The notes beneath the pieces are model-generated. The model saw nothing but the letters and a program-made list of their open reading frames with translations, had not been told where the DNA came from and made no database searches. This document shows, in pieces, positions 51,641 to 61,501 of a DNA stretch of 61,773 nucleotides. A program made the translations under genes and the position numbers. The stretch's first letter is position 1. Every line of letters begins with the position of its first letter. Origin of the DNA: an uncultured Syntrophales bacterium (GTDB lineage: Bacteria; Desulfobacterota; Syntrophia; Syntrophales; JADFWA01); the NCBI GenBank assembly GCA_964652795.1, contig CAZZBF010000007.1:1-61773 (forward strand), given 5' to 3'.

Positions 51641-51675
51641 AAAAAGGGGAGTTGCTTTTCGCAACTCCCCTTTTT
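51641..51675. terminator. Bidirectional intrinsic terminator
   Basis: AAAAAGGGGAGTTGC-TTTTC-GCAACTCCCCTTTTT between convergent genes; a second hairpin lies at 51611-51633. Confidence 0.8.
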
Positions 51676-51726
51676 GCATCCATTATCGAAATCCTAACTC
51701 AGCTAGTTGGAACCGCATAATCAATA

Positions 51727-52566
51727 TCAATATTCCCTCGTAAGTTCATCAAGTTCAGCCAGCGAAAAAATGGGACCATCCTTACAGACATACTTACTGC
51801 CAACATTGCATCGTCCACATTTACCGATCCCGCACTTCATTCGCATCTCAAGAGAAGTAATTATATTTTCTCTCGAAAAACCTAACTCAAAAAAAACCGG
51901 CAGTGTGAAACGAATCATAATCGGAGGGCCAGATATCAGGGTCACGGCATTTTCAGAGCTCGGCCCGACTTCCTTGCACACTGTCGGAACAAACCCTTCC
52001 CTACCCTTCCAGGTTTCATCTCCTTTATCCACCGTAACATACATGTTAATATCTTCTCTCTTTTCCCAGAAGGAAAGTTCGTCTTTATACATCAAAAGAC
52101 CGGGAGTCCTTGCCCCATATACAACAGTAATATCCCCGAACCGCGACCTGTTAGTGTCGTGAATCATATAGTTAGTCAGAGACCTGAGAGTGGTAAAGGC
52201 AAAACCGCCGCCAACCACAACAACGTTTTTCCCCTCAAGATACTCAATAGGCCACGAATTACCCAAGGGACCTCTAAGCCCAATCCGAGTGCCCTCATCA
52301 AGATTATGGAGCGCAGTGGTGACAACACCCGCCTTCTGAACTGTAAACTCAAGATAGTCCGGCTGAGTCGGCGACGACGCAATACCGATCGGAGATTCCC
52401 CCTTGCCGAAGACAGAAAGCTCGGCAAACTGTCCCGGTAGATACTCGAAGAGTTCTTTTTCGTTTTTATTAGCGAAAACCACACGAAACGTCTTGATATC
52501 TTTCGTGTCCACCTCAGTTATGATTTTTTCCACATCAACAGGAATCGGCACATATGGATTCTGCAT
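51727..52566 (-). CDS. flxA: FAD/NAD-binding oxidoreductase, FlxA/AsrB-like
   Basis: PGQF, GLRGPLGN, GGGF, GPPIM, MKCGIGKCGRC [2Fe-2S]. Confidence 0.85.
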   Translation of the reverse strand: MQNPYVPIPVDVEKIITEVDTKDIKTFRVVFANKNEKELFEYLPGQFAELSVFGKGESPIGIASSPTQPDYLEFTVQKAGVVTTALHNLDEGTRIGLRGPLGNSWPIEYLEGKNVVVVGGGFAFTTLRSLTNYMIHDTNRSRFGDITVVYGARTPGLLMYKDELSFWEKREDINMYVTVDKGDETWKGREGFVPTVCKEVGPSSENAVTLISGPPIMIRFTLPVFFELGFSRENIITSLEMRMKCGIGKCGRCNVGSKYVCKDGPIFSLAELDELTREY

Positions 52567-52811
52567 TACTATCTCCCAAGAAAAATTTTCATAACCCCAG
52601 AAAGTTCTGATGCTATAGCACTCAAACATTTAGATTTTCTTAACGCCGGTTACTACTAGCATCTTTTTCCCAAAATACTTGAATGACTTGCGTGATTCTT
52701 CGAATGCGCTCCGAAAAGACTTTTTACAAATTTGTCAAGACATAGAATTGTGAAGCTCCGCCCTTTGGGCGGAAGCTCCCCGGTAAGGAAAATGTTTTGA
52801 GCATCGAAAAA

Positions 52812-53852
52812 TCATATTTCCAGAGCTTTCAACTCAGATATGTCTTCAATTATCTTTCTTATATCTATATTGACGGGACAGTACATCACACATCTACCGC
52901 AACCCACGCAGGAAATGGCCTTAAAATTATCCACATAATATTTAAACTTGTGCATAACCCTCTGTCTCCATCTCTCCTTTTGCGACGGCCTGGGATTATG
53001 ACCTGAGGTTTCATACGTAAACAACCAGTACATGCAGGAATCCCAGGATCTTATTCTTTTTCCATTATCCCCTTTCTCCTCATCACTGATATCGAAGCAG
53101 TGACAGGTGGGACAGAGATAAGTACAGGTACCACAGGCAATACAGCTTCTATGAATTGTATCCCAGAAGGGATGTTCGAAATTTTCATCCAGCCAAGTCT
53201 TTATTTGCATCGCAGGAACATGAGATTTAATTTCTTTCTCTGCATTGTCAGAAAGTTCTTTCTTCTTTTCCACCGCTGAATCCTCGGCCTTTGGAAGACC
53301 TTCCATCTTTTTTAGAAGCTTCTCACCTTTTGATGTTATAAATTCGGCTAAATAACTATCCCCAATATCGGTCAACATTACATCCGCGCCGTCGGAAGAC
53401 ATGGGATGTCCTCCTACCGATGTACAGAAACAGGTAGTATAGGGGGGATGAACACAGGCAAATGACACAACGGTGGTCTTTTCTCTCTTGTCAATATAAT
53501 AAGGATCTCTGTAAGTTTCTTGATCGAAAACCATATCCAGAAGAACAAAGCTGCGGGCGTCGCACGGTCGGACACCGAAGAGCACTGCCTTTCCGGCTTC
53601 GCCATTATCTTTTGAAAGTTCCGTTCCTCTTTCAGTTTTCATATATCTCATCATTGTTTCCGTCTGAGGAAATAAAAAATTCTTTGGTGAATTCTTGGCA
53701 TTGAGGTAACCCACAAGTGGTTCCACTCCATTTTCCAAAAGCTTAAAAAGAATATCATCGCCACTCCTGACCGGCGCATAAACCGGCATTTCTTCAGAAA
53801 TTTTCTTTATAATATCGGTAAGAACTTTCTTATTTATCAGTCTCTTTTCCAT
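52812..53852 (-). CDS. flxB: 4Fe-4S dicluster protein, FlxB/AsrA-like
   Basis: GVRPCD, CFCTSVG, CIACGTCTYLCPTCHCF, CVGCGRC. Confidence 0.8.
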   Translation of the reverse strand: MEKRLINKKVLTDIIKKISEEMPVYAPVRSGDDILFKLLENGVEPLVGYLNAKNSPKNFLFPQTETMMRYMKTERGTELSKDNGEAGKAVLFGVRPCDARSFVLLDMVFDQETYRDPYYIDKREKTTVVSFACVHPPYTTCFCTSVGGHPMSSDGADVMLTDIGDSYLAEFITSKGEKLLKKMEGLPKAEDSAVEKKKELSDNAEKEIKSHVPAMQIKTWLDENFEHPFWDTIHRSCIACGTCTYLCPTCHCFDISDEEKGDNGKRIRSWDSCMYWLFTYETSGHNPRPSQKERWRQRVMHKFKYYVDNFKAISCVGCGRCVMYCPVNIDIRKIIEDISELKALEI

Positions 53853-54030
53853 AACGTTCCTTAATAGTTTACTTCAAAAATACTATTGCGATGAAGAATC
53901 CATCTCCCCTTCCCTCTCCCCGAGAACTTTGAAAAATATAATTCTTCGTTGCTCAGCCTATGGTAAGTTTTGCAAAGTTTACCCCTTAAGGGAGAAATAT
54001 TTGGCTGGGGTGAATCGTTTTGAGTTTTTT

Positions 54031-54879
54031 TCACGCAAGTCCCAAAGAGTTAAGAAGAGGTCTCGGGTCAAAATTGTGCATTTTAAACCATTTATCGGTT
54101 CCTTCCAAACCCATTGCCAGAGCTATTAATTCGGTAAAATAAAACGCCGGAAGCCTCACACCCTCACTTGCCCTCATATCCAGATTTGCCATACAGATCG
54201 GACAGGCAGTAACCAGACAATTGGCACCGGCTTCTCTTGCCATCTTCATCAACTTATCCACCAGATGAACAACAACTTCAGTTTTGCCCAGGGTAAGACT
54301 TCCACCACAGCAATCCGTCTTATAGGACCAGGGGCGGTATTCAGCGCCGAGGCTTCCCATAATTTTATCCATCATATATGGATTTTCATAATCATCAAAA
54401 TCGCAGATATCCGGTGGTCTCAGCAACAGGCATCCATAATACGAAACCGGTTTCAGACCTTTTAGCTCTCTGAACACCAATTCACTCAACTTTTCAGGGC
54501 CAATATCATTATGGACAATATCTATAGGGTTTCTCACGGCAACAGTACCATTATATTTTTTACCGATAATCTCTTCCACTTCCGTCCTTAATTTCTCATC
54601 TTCTTTGAGGCGATATTGTGCCGTCTTAAATCGGTTAAAACAGGCGGCACAAGGAACCATTATATCAAAGCCTTTTGTCTCCGCAATAATGATATTTCTG
54701 ATAGGAAGGGCGATGGATAGTTTAAAATTAGTCATGTGCGCGGAAGAGGCACCACAGCATGACCAATCATCAATCTCTTGCAAATCAATCCCCAAAGCTT
54801 TACTGACAGCCCGAACCGATTGATCATATTCCTTCGCTGTAGCGTGAAGTGAACATCCCGGGTAATATGAAACTTTCAA
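54031..54879 (-). CDS. hdrB: Heterodisulfide reductase subunit B
   Basis: Two CCG domains (YYPGCSL...CCG; YYGCLL...CCG...CPIC); GAGGAG then TTG at 54879. Confidence 0.92.
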   Translation of the reverse strand: MKVSYYPGCSLHATAKEYDQSVRAVSKALGIDLQEIDDWSCCGASSAHMTNFKLSIALPIRNIIIAETKGFDIMVPCAACFNRFKTAQYRLKEDEKLRTEVEEIIGKKYNGTVAVRNPIDIVHNDIGPEKLSELVFRELKGLKPVSYYGCLLLRPPDICDFDDYENPYMMDKIMGSLGAEYRPWSYKTDCCGGSLTLGKTEVVVHLVDKLMKMAREAGANCLVTACPICMANLDMRASEGVRLPAFYFTELIALAMGLEGTDKWFKMHNFDPRPLLNSLGLA

Positions 54880-54938
54880 TATATACTCCTCGATTGCATC
54901 AGGATAGTTCTGCAATTTCTTTACTGATACACTCTAAG

Positions 54939-55463
54939 CTATCTTTTTGTTTTCTCAAATATCTTTTTTACCGATCTCATATTTTTTGTCCTGGGAGAAA
55001 ACAGGGAAAGTTTGCCTTTTATAAACATACTTATACCCATCGCTATGTCGGAAAAGTAATCACCCGATTTGAACTTATAATTGAGAATCATAAGAGGCTC
55101 ATTGATACGCCCTAATATTCTTACATTTGATAGGAAAGCCTCATGGAATCTCAGCATGCGTTTCTCCTTGACATCAACACCCGCCTCTCGTGCCACCTCT
55201 CTTAAGACATCCATCATACGGGCTATATCAACTTCATTGGGACAACGTGTTATACAGGTCTCACACGAGGCACACAACCAGATGGCAGAACTATTCAGTA
55301 CCTCATCCCTTTTATCCATCTGAATCATTTTTATGATTGTATCAGGATTGTAATCCATAGCAAATGCTACGGGACACCCAGCCGTACACTTTCCACAGTG
55401 ATAACATCTCTGTACGGGCACACCGTCTATTCTACTGTTTACTTCTCCCAGAAAAGTTTCCAT
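54939..55463 (-). CDS. hdrC: Heterodisulfide reductase subunit C
   Basis: CYHCGKCTAGCP and CASCETCITRCP. Confidence 0.9.
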   Translation of the reverse strand: METFLGEVNSRIDGVPVQRCYHCGKCTAGCPVAFAMDYNPDTIIKMIQMDKRDEVLNSSAIWLCASCETCITRCPNEVDIARMMDVLREVAREAGVDVKEKRMLRFHEAFLSNVRILGRINEPLMILNYKFKSGDYFSDIAMGISMFIKGKLSLFSPRTKNMRSVKKIFEKTKR

Positions 55464-55496
55464 ATTTAATCTATTTACACATCTTTGATCTGAGCT

Positions 55497-56516
55497 TTAT
55501 TCAGGCTCAAACACAAAATCCTGGCCATCGTCCTCTCTGAAAGTGGCAAGCGGCGCGGGTTGGTCAAGCACAACCCCCACCCTGTGATTAAACAGTTCAA
55601 ACCCATCCTTATCCAGCTTTTTCAAGAACTTCCTCAGATCCACACCCATGGGACATACCTCAGCACAGGCGCCACAATCAACACAACGTCCTGCCATGTG
55701 AAACATTCTCATGATTTGAAACACCTGTGTGTCCGCATCATCTATACCGATTCCCACCCAACCGGGTTGACTCTGTTCCACAAAACAGATTTTGCAATAA
55801 CAGGAAGGACAGGTATTTCGACAGGCATAACAGCGTATACATTTTTTCATCTCACCAACGAAATACTTCCAGCGTTCGGCCAACGACAGCTCTTCAAACT
55901 CGTCGACTCCGGTGTATTCATGATCGGCATCCATCGGCTCAGCCTCTTCACTTACCATCACATCTGAAATGACCGGATTGTTAAATCGACAGGTAAGGCA
56001 GCTATCGGAAAGAACCTCTCCCAATGAAACAACTTTATTACCGCCGTTAGTTTGAATTGACAATTTTCCCCCATCAATTGTGGCTTGCAACACTTCCTCA
56101 CCATTTACGAGCTTTGCAACCTTTCTCTTTGCCACGTAACCGGTACAGGGAACGCCCAGAATAACCACTTCATCCCTGTCATATTGCTTTTCCTGAAGGT
56201 GAATTACCAGGGATCGGGAAGTACATCCTTTCGCAACAACGCCTACAACTTTTTTTGTCCTCTCTTCCGATTTAGCCATTTTTTGCGATTCTTTATGGCG
56301 AAAAAGCAGATCGTGTACATACTTGGCCAGATTCTGCGAACAGTAAGGATTCCAGACAAGCCTTTCCGCGTCATCGGGCTCAGTTATAAAGCACGGCGCA
56401 GTGAGAAGAGGAAGTGTGCCTTTTTCATACCCCACAACTATATCCACTTTTTTTTCAGCTAACAGCCTTTTTGCCTCTTCCCTCAATCGCTTTTCTATAC
56501 TTTCCACTATCCCCAC
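55497..56516 (-). CDS. flxC: 4Fe-4S dicluster protein, FlxC-like
   Basis: CIRCYACRNTCPSCYC, HMAGRCVDCGAC..VCP; lies between mvhD-like and hdrC. Confidence 0.75.
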   Translation of the reverse strand: MGIVESIEKRLREEAKRLLAEKKVDIVVGYEKGTLPLLTAPCFITEPDDAERLVWNPYCSQNLAKYVHDLLFRHKESQKMAKSEERTKKVVGVVAKGCTSRSLVIHLQEKQYDRDEVVILGVPCTGYVAKRKVAKLVNGEEVLQATIDGGKLSIQTNGGNKVVSLGEVLSDSCLTCRFNNPVISDVMVSEEAEPMDADHEYTGVDEFEELSLAERWKYFVGEMKKCIRCYACRNTCPSCYCKICFVEQSQPGWVGIGIDDADTQVFQIMRMFHMAGRCVDCGACAEVCPMGVDLRKFLKKLDKDGFELFNHRVGVVLDQPAPLATFREDDGQDFVFEPE

Positions 56517-56587
56517 AATTTCCTTCAGAATTATATTTTCAAGATTTTCCCTGTCGCCCTCTTATCCCTGACCCCGTCAATCTGTCG

Positions 56588-57025
56588 TTATATTTTCTTT
56601 ACCAGCTTATTCGCTGGGCCAAGCGCTTTAATTCTTTGCGTCACATCCTTGATTATCCGGGCAAATCTATCCCCTTCAGATGCTGAAACCCATGTGTAAA
56701 CCGTCCTGTCCGCTTCTATACCGATGTATGAAAGAAAGTTTCTCAACATGGCAAATTTTCTTCTCGCGTATAAATTCCCGCTAATATAATGACATTCTCC
56801 GGGGTGGCAACCGGATACAAGAACCCCATCCGCTCCCTCCTGAAGAGCCTTAACAATCCAGAAGGGTTTCACCCTTCCCGAGCATGGAACTCTTATTATC
56901 CGTACATTCGGCGGGTACTGTATTCTGCTTATACCTGCCAGATCAGCCCCGGTATAGGTACACCAGTTGCAACAAAAAGCAACGATCTTTGGCTCCCAGT
57001 TTTTATCTGGTTTATCTTCAGCCAT
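56588..57025 (-). CDS. mvhD: MvhD/FlxD [2Fe-2S] subunit
   Basis: FCCNWCTY, RVPCSGR, GCHPGECHY. Confidence 0.92.
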   Translation of the reverse strand: MAEDKPDKNWEPKIVAFCCNWCTYTGADLAGISRIQYPPNVRIIRVPCSGRVKPFWIVKALQEGADGVLVSGCHPGECHYISGNLYARRKFAMLRNFLSYIGIEADRTVYTWVSASEGDRFARIIKDVTQRIKALGPANKLVKKI

Positions 57026-57070
57026 ATTTTCTTTCACCCGCACAAAAAAATGTTGTTGTATATAAAGACC

Positions 57071-60000
57071 TTAGCCTGTCAGGGCTGCTATCTGCGCCAG
57101 TATTTCTTCGTTATTAAAACCGTTTAAATCAATGGCATTCATCCTGCACGACGCCGCACACACACCACATCCTTTACATAGAATCACATTAACTACAGCG
57201 CAACCCTCTTTCTCATCTACCTCTACAGCACTGAAGGGGCAATTCGCTTCACAAAGTCCGCAGGCCATGCATCTATCTTTGTTCACATAGGCAGTTGTCC
57301 CTTCGGACTCTATAAAATCTTTGGTTAGAATGGTGCATGCCCTTGCGACAGCGGCATTGGCCTGGGTAATTGTCTCATCACTCAGTTTTGATGAATGGGC
57401 CATACCACACAGAAAAACACCATCCGTAGCAAAATCTACAGGTCTCAATTTTACATGCGCCTCAGCAAAGAAACCATCCTGGTTAACGGATAGCTTCAGC
57501 ATATTGCTTATCGCGTGGTTATCAGGATTGGCAATAACTCCAACACTCAGCGCCAGAATATCCGTTTCTATTTCCACCGATTCGTTCAAAACAGGATCAA
57601 AAACAGTTACGGAAATTTTTGACCCGGATTGCTTCACTTCCGGTTTTCTATTCTCATCATAGCATATGAACTTTACATTGGCCTCCCGGGCTCTTTGATA
57701 ATAATCCTCTTTAAATCCGTACGTTCTGATATCCCTGTAAAGAACGGTAATGTCCCTGTCCGGTTTGTCTTCTTTTAACTTCAAGGCATTCTTAATGGCT
57801 TCACTACAGCAATATCGGCTGCAGTACGGTCTCTCAGCATCCCTCGATCCGACACACTGTATCATTACCACGCTTTCGGCACCGGCAACCCTCGCATCCT
57901 TTTTAAAGATGAACTCCTCAAGCTCGCGTTGAGTCACGACATTATCATGCCGACCGTAGAGGTATTCATCCGTCTTAAATTCGTAAGCCCCGGTTGCCAC
58001 TATGGCCACACCGTGCTCAAACCGGCTTTCTTTCCCGCCGGATTCAATGGTAGTTCTATAATTCCCTATATAGCCTTCAATTTTCTTAATCGTCGCCCCC
58101 GTGTATGTATGTATCAAATTACTCTTCTCAACCCGCTCCAGTAAATCCGCAAGATGCTTCTTTGTATCAAGGCCTTCCAGGGTGTAATAAAGCTTGCGAT
58201 AATTTCCACCCAATTCATCTTCTTTTTCAACGATGTGCGATTCAAAACCCTGCTCAGCAAGAGCAAGGGCAACAGTTATCCCGGCAAGCCCGCCACCTAT
58301 TATCAATGAAACCTTATTAACTCCGAGCTGCCCCCGTTTTAACGGTTTCAAATATTCGGCTTTGGCAACAGCCATCCGAACCAGGTCCTTTGCCTTTTCC
58401 GTTGCCGCCTCGGGCTCATTCATATGTACCCACGAGTCCTGATCTCTTATATTTGCCATTTCAAAAAGGTATCTATTAAGACCCGCTTTTTCACAATTTT
58501 CCTGGAAAAGACACTCATGTGTTCGGGGGGAACAGGAGGCCACCACAACCCTGGAAAGGTTGTGTTCCTTGATCACTTCGGCCATATTTACCGCCGTGTC
58601 CTGGGAGCAGGTAAAGAGATTTTCCTCAACGTGGACCACATTCGGAAGAGTCTTCGCATATTTAACCACTGAGGGCACATCCACCACTCCACCGATATTA
58701 ATTCCGCAATGGCAAATAAAAACACCTATTCTCGGACCTATTCCTCTCAAATCTTTCTCCAGGGGAATTTCTTCTTCACTAATCAACGTTCCTCTGCTGG
58801 AAGCCAGCAAACCCTCAGCACATGCTGCGGCACCGCTCGCCTCCATAACTGTTTCGGGGATGTCCTTGGGACCTCCGAAACAACCGCAAACAAATACACC
58901 ATTACGTGAAGTCTGTACGGGATTAGTCAGAGAAGTTTTACAGAAACCATGTTTCTCTAAATCTATGCCCATACTCTCCGCCAGTTTAGAAGCATTCTTT
59001 GGCGGGGTTAGACCAACAGACAGAACCACCATGTCAAACTCTTCCTCCGCAAGGGTCCCGTCTTCCAGAACGTAGGTAACAAGGAGATTTTTCGTCTGCT
59101 GCATTTCCTTTAGCGTTGAAGGAATAGATCTTATATATCTTACACCATACTCCTTTTTTGCCCTCTCGACGAAGCGATCAAAATCCTTTCCATAGGCGCG
59201 AATATCAATATAGAATATCGCAGGATCGAGATTCTTAACGTGTTCCTTACCGACAATAGCTTCTTTCGTCGCGTACATACAGCATACGGAAGAACACCAG
59301 CTATTTCCGCATGACGTATCTCTTGAACCCACACACTGAATAAAGGCTATCTTCCTGGGTTCTTTACCATCGGAAATTCTCTTGACGTGACCGAAATAAG
59401 GACCTGACGCGGATAACATCCTTTCAAACTGTATGCTTGTCACCACATTGTCGTAAACACCAAAGCCGTATTCTCCCTTAATCCTCGCATCAAAAACTTC
59501 AAATCCGGGAGCAGCGATAACAGCGCCAACCTCAATGGTCTCTTCTTCGGTTTTCATCTCATGATCTATAGCTTCAGCTATACAGGCGTCAACGCAACGA
59601 TAACACTCAGAACAAATACCGCAGTTAAGACACCTTTTGGCCTCTTTAACCACATCTTCCTCACTCAAAATATTCACAACTTCATCAAAACCGGTTATTC
59701 TCTTTACCGGCTCGAGTTTAGATGGCCTGTATCGTTTCTTCTTCTTTATCCCTTTGGTATCAACCTTATCGGCAATACCTTCCGTCCAATTTTTCTGACG
59801 GCCTAATTTGATGTCCTCACCTTTCAGATAACGATCTATAGACCTAGCCGCCTCTTTTCCGGCGTTGATCGCTTCGACCACCGTAGCAGGTCCCGTTACA
59901 TCGTCACCACCGGCAAAAACGCCTTCAACATTCGTTGCAAGGGTTATCGGGTCTACATCAAAGGTATTCCACCTGTTAATAGAAATTCCGCTATCCTCCG

Positions 60001-61501
60001 TGATAAATAACAGGTCACTTGTCTGACCGATAGCGGGTAGAACGGCATCCACTTCAAGCGTAAACTCCGACCCTTTTATCGGAACCGGACGCCTGCGCCC
60101 GCTTGCATCGGGCTCACCAAGTTCCATACGAATACATTCAATGCCTGATATTTTCCCTTTTTCACCGAGTATTTTCACCGGTGCGACCAGATACTCTATC
60201 TTAACCCCTTCCTCTATTGCCCCTTCAATCTCTTCAGATAAGGCGGGCATCTCGGTGCGAGATCTCCTGTAGAGCACAAAGGCATTCTTGGAACCGGTTC
60301 TGAGCGCAGTACGAACGGCATCCATCGCAACATTTCCTCCACCGATAACCGCAACCCTCTCTCCCAGAAAAACCTCGTCACCCAGGTTCACTCTTCTCAG
60401 AAAATCGATCCCATGAACAACTCCTTCGAGGTCTTCCCCGGGGACATCGAGTTTACTGCTGATATGAGAACCTACAGCAATAAATACGGCGTCATACTCA
60501 CTCATTAGCGCACCCATGGAAACGTCTTTACCCACTTTCGTATTGAGTTTGATTTTTACGCCAAGATCTTCAATAATTTTTATTTCCGCGTTGAGGATAT
60601 CTTTCGGAAGACGGTATTCCGGAATACCCACTTGGAGCATTCCACCGGCAACGGGAAGGGATTCCAATACGACAATCTGATAACCTTCAATGGCGAGATA
60701 ATAGGCAGCGCTCAGGCCGGCAGGACCGGAACCGATTATAGCAACCTTTTTTCCCTTCTTATCTTTTATTTCCGGAACATATCTTGTCTCATCATTCAGA
60801 TCAAGATCGGCCACAAATCTCTTTAAATGCATAATGGCAATAGGATCTTCAACCTCTCCCCTCTTGCAGGCCGATTCACAGGGGTGATGACAAACCCTCC
60901 CGCAAACGGCCGGAAAAGGATTATCTCTCTTGATGAGCTTAAGCGCGTCTCTGTACTCCCCCTTAGCGATCAGTGCCACATAGCCCTGCACACTGATATG
61001 GGTGGGACATGCCGCTTTACATGGAGATGTCCCCAATTTGTCTATGGCAAAGGCACTCGGAATGGCCTGGGGAAAATGCCTGTAAATGGCTTTTTTGTTA
61101 TCCAGGTCTTCGTTAAAATCCGACGAAATCGATACGGGGCAAACATCGGCGCAATCACCACACCCGGTACATTTATTAATGTCAACAAACCTCGGTGCCT
61201 TCGCGAGTTTTACTTTAAAAAATCCCGGTTCCCCTTCAACGGATTCCACCGTTCTTCTCGTCATGATTTCCACATTCGGATGTCTGCCAACTTCAACCAG
61301 CTTTGGGGACAGAATACAGGTAGAACAGTCATTGGTAGGAAATGTCTTATCGAGTTGTGCCATGACACCGCCGATACTGATGTCATTTTCAACGAGGTAT
61401 ACCTTTATGCCGGAGTTGGCAAGATCAAGCGAAGCCTGAATCCCCGCTATCCCCGAACCCACGACCATAACGGCGCTAATTTTTTTACTATCTCTTAACA
61501 A
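57071..61501 (-). CDS. hdrA: HdrL-type large HdrA fusion (tandem HdrA modules plus an inserted GltD/NfnB-like NAD(P)H module), 1476 aa
   Basis: GSGIAG...DKTFPTNDCSTC; insert SPCKAACP...NPFPAVCGRVC, GSGPAG, GGGNVAMD...YRRSR; two IQCVGSRD motifs; C-terminal 2x[4Fe-4S]; GAGGTG RBS and TTG start. Confidence 0.9.
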   Translation of the reverse strand: MLRDSKKISAVMVVGSGIAGIQASLDLANSGIKVYLVENDISIGGVMAQLDKTFPTNDCSTCILSPKLVEVGRHPNVEIMTRRTVESVEGEPGFFKVKLAKAPRFVDINKCTGCGDCADVCPVSISSDFNEDLDNKKAIYRHFPQAIPSAFAIDKLGTSPCKAACPTHISVQGYVALIAKGEYRDALKLIKRDNPFPAVCGRVCHHPCESACKRGEVEDPIAIMHLKRFVADLDLNDETRYVPEIKDKKGKKVAIIGSGPAGLSAAYYLAIEGYQIVVLESLPVAGGMLQVGIPEYRLPKDILNAEIKIIEDLGVKIKLNTKVGKDVSMGALMSEYDAVFIAVGSHISSKLDVPGEDLEGVVHGIDFLRRVNLGDEVFLGERVAVIGGGNVAMDAVRTALRTGSKNAFVLYRRSRTEMPALSEEIEGAIEEGVKIEYLVAPVKILGEKGKISGIECIRMELGEPDASGRRRPVPIKGSEFTLEVDAVLPAIGQTSDLLFITEDSGISINRWNTFDVDPITLATNVEGVFAGGDDVTGPATVVEAINAGKEAARSIDRYLKGEDIKLGRQKNWTEGIADKVDTKGIKKKKRYRPSKLEPVKRITGFDEVVNILSEEDVVKEAKRCLNCGICSECYRCVDACIAEAIDHEMKTEEETIEVGAVIAAPGFEVFDARIKGEYGFGVYDNVVTSIQFERMLSASGPYFGHVKRISDGKEPRKIAFIQCVGSRDTSCGNSWCSSVCCMYATKEAIVGKEHVKNLDPAIFYIDIRAYGKDFDRFVERAKKEYGVRYIRSIPSTLKEMQQTKNLLVTYVLEDGTLAEEEFDMVVLSVGLTPPKNASKLAESMGIDLEKHGFCKTSLTNPVQTSRNGVFVCGCFGGPKDIPETVMEASGAAACAEGLLASSRGTLISEEEIPLEKDLRGIGPRIGVFICHCGINIGGVVDVPSVVKYAKTLPNVVHVEENLFTCSQDTAVNMAEVIKEHNLSRVVVASCSPRTHECLFQENCEKAGLNRYLFEMANIRDQDSWVHMNEPEAATEKAKDLVRMAVAKAEYLKPLKRGQLGVNKVSLIIGGGLAGITVALALAEQGFESHIVEKEDELGGNYRKLYYTLEGLDTKKHLADLLERVEKSNLIHTYTGATIKKIEGYIGNYRTTIESGGKESRFEHGVAIVATGAYEFKTDEYLYGRHDNVVTQRELEEFIFKKDARVAGAESVVMIQCVGSRDAERPYCSRYCCSEAIKNALKLKEDKPDRDITVLYRDIRTYGFKEDYYQRAREANVKFICYDENRKPEVKQSGSKISVTVFDPVLNESVEIETDILALSVGVIANPDNHAISNMLKLSVNQDGFFAEAHVKLRPVDFATDGVFLCGMAHSSKLSDETITQANAAVARACTILTKDFIESEGTTAYVNKDRCMACGLCEANCPFSAVEVDEKEGCAVVNVILCKGCGVCAASCRMNAIDLNGFNNEEILAQIAALTG

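Noticed and set aside
60827-61498. Long antisense or alternate-frame ORFs (60827-61498, 58560-59075, 35004-35597, 32892-33539, 49803-50333 and similar)
   Set aside because: They are shadows of well-supported genes on the other strand or frame, with no motifs or RBS of their own.
56588-61501. Selenocysteine in HdrA or MvhD
   Set aside because: Both ORFs are continuous, and the positions that can be Sec in homologs (DCSTC, NWCTY) are encoded as Cys.
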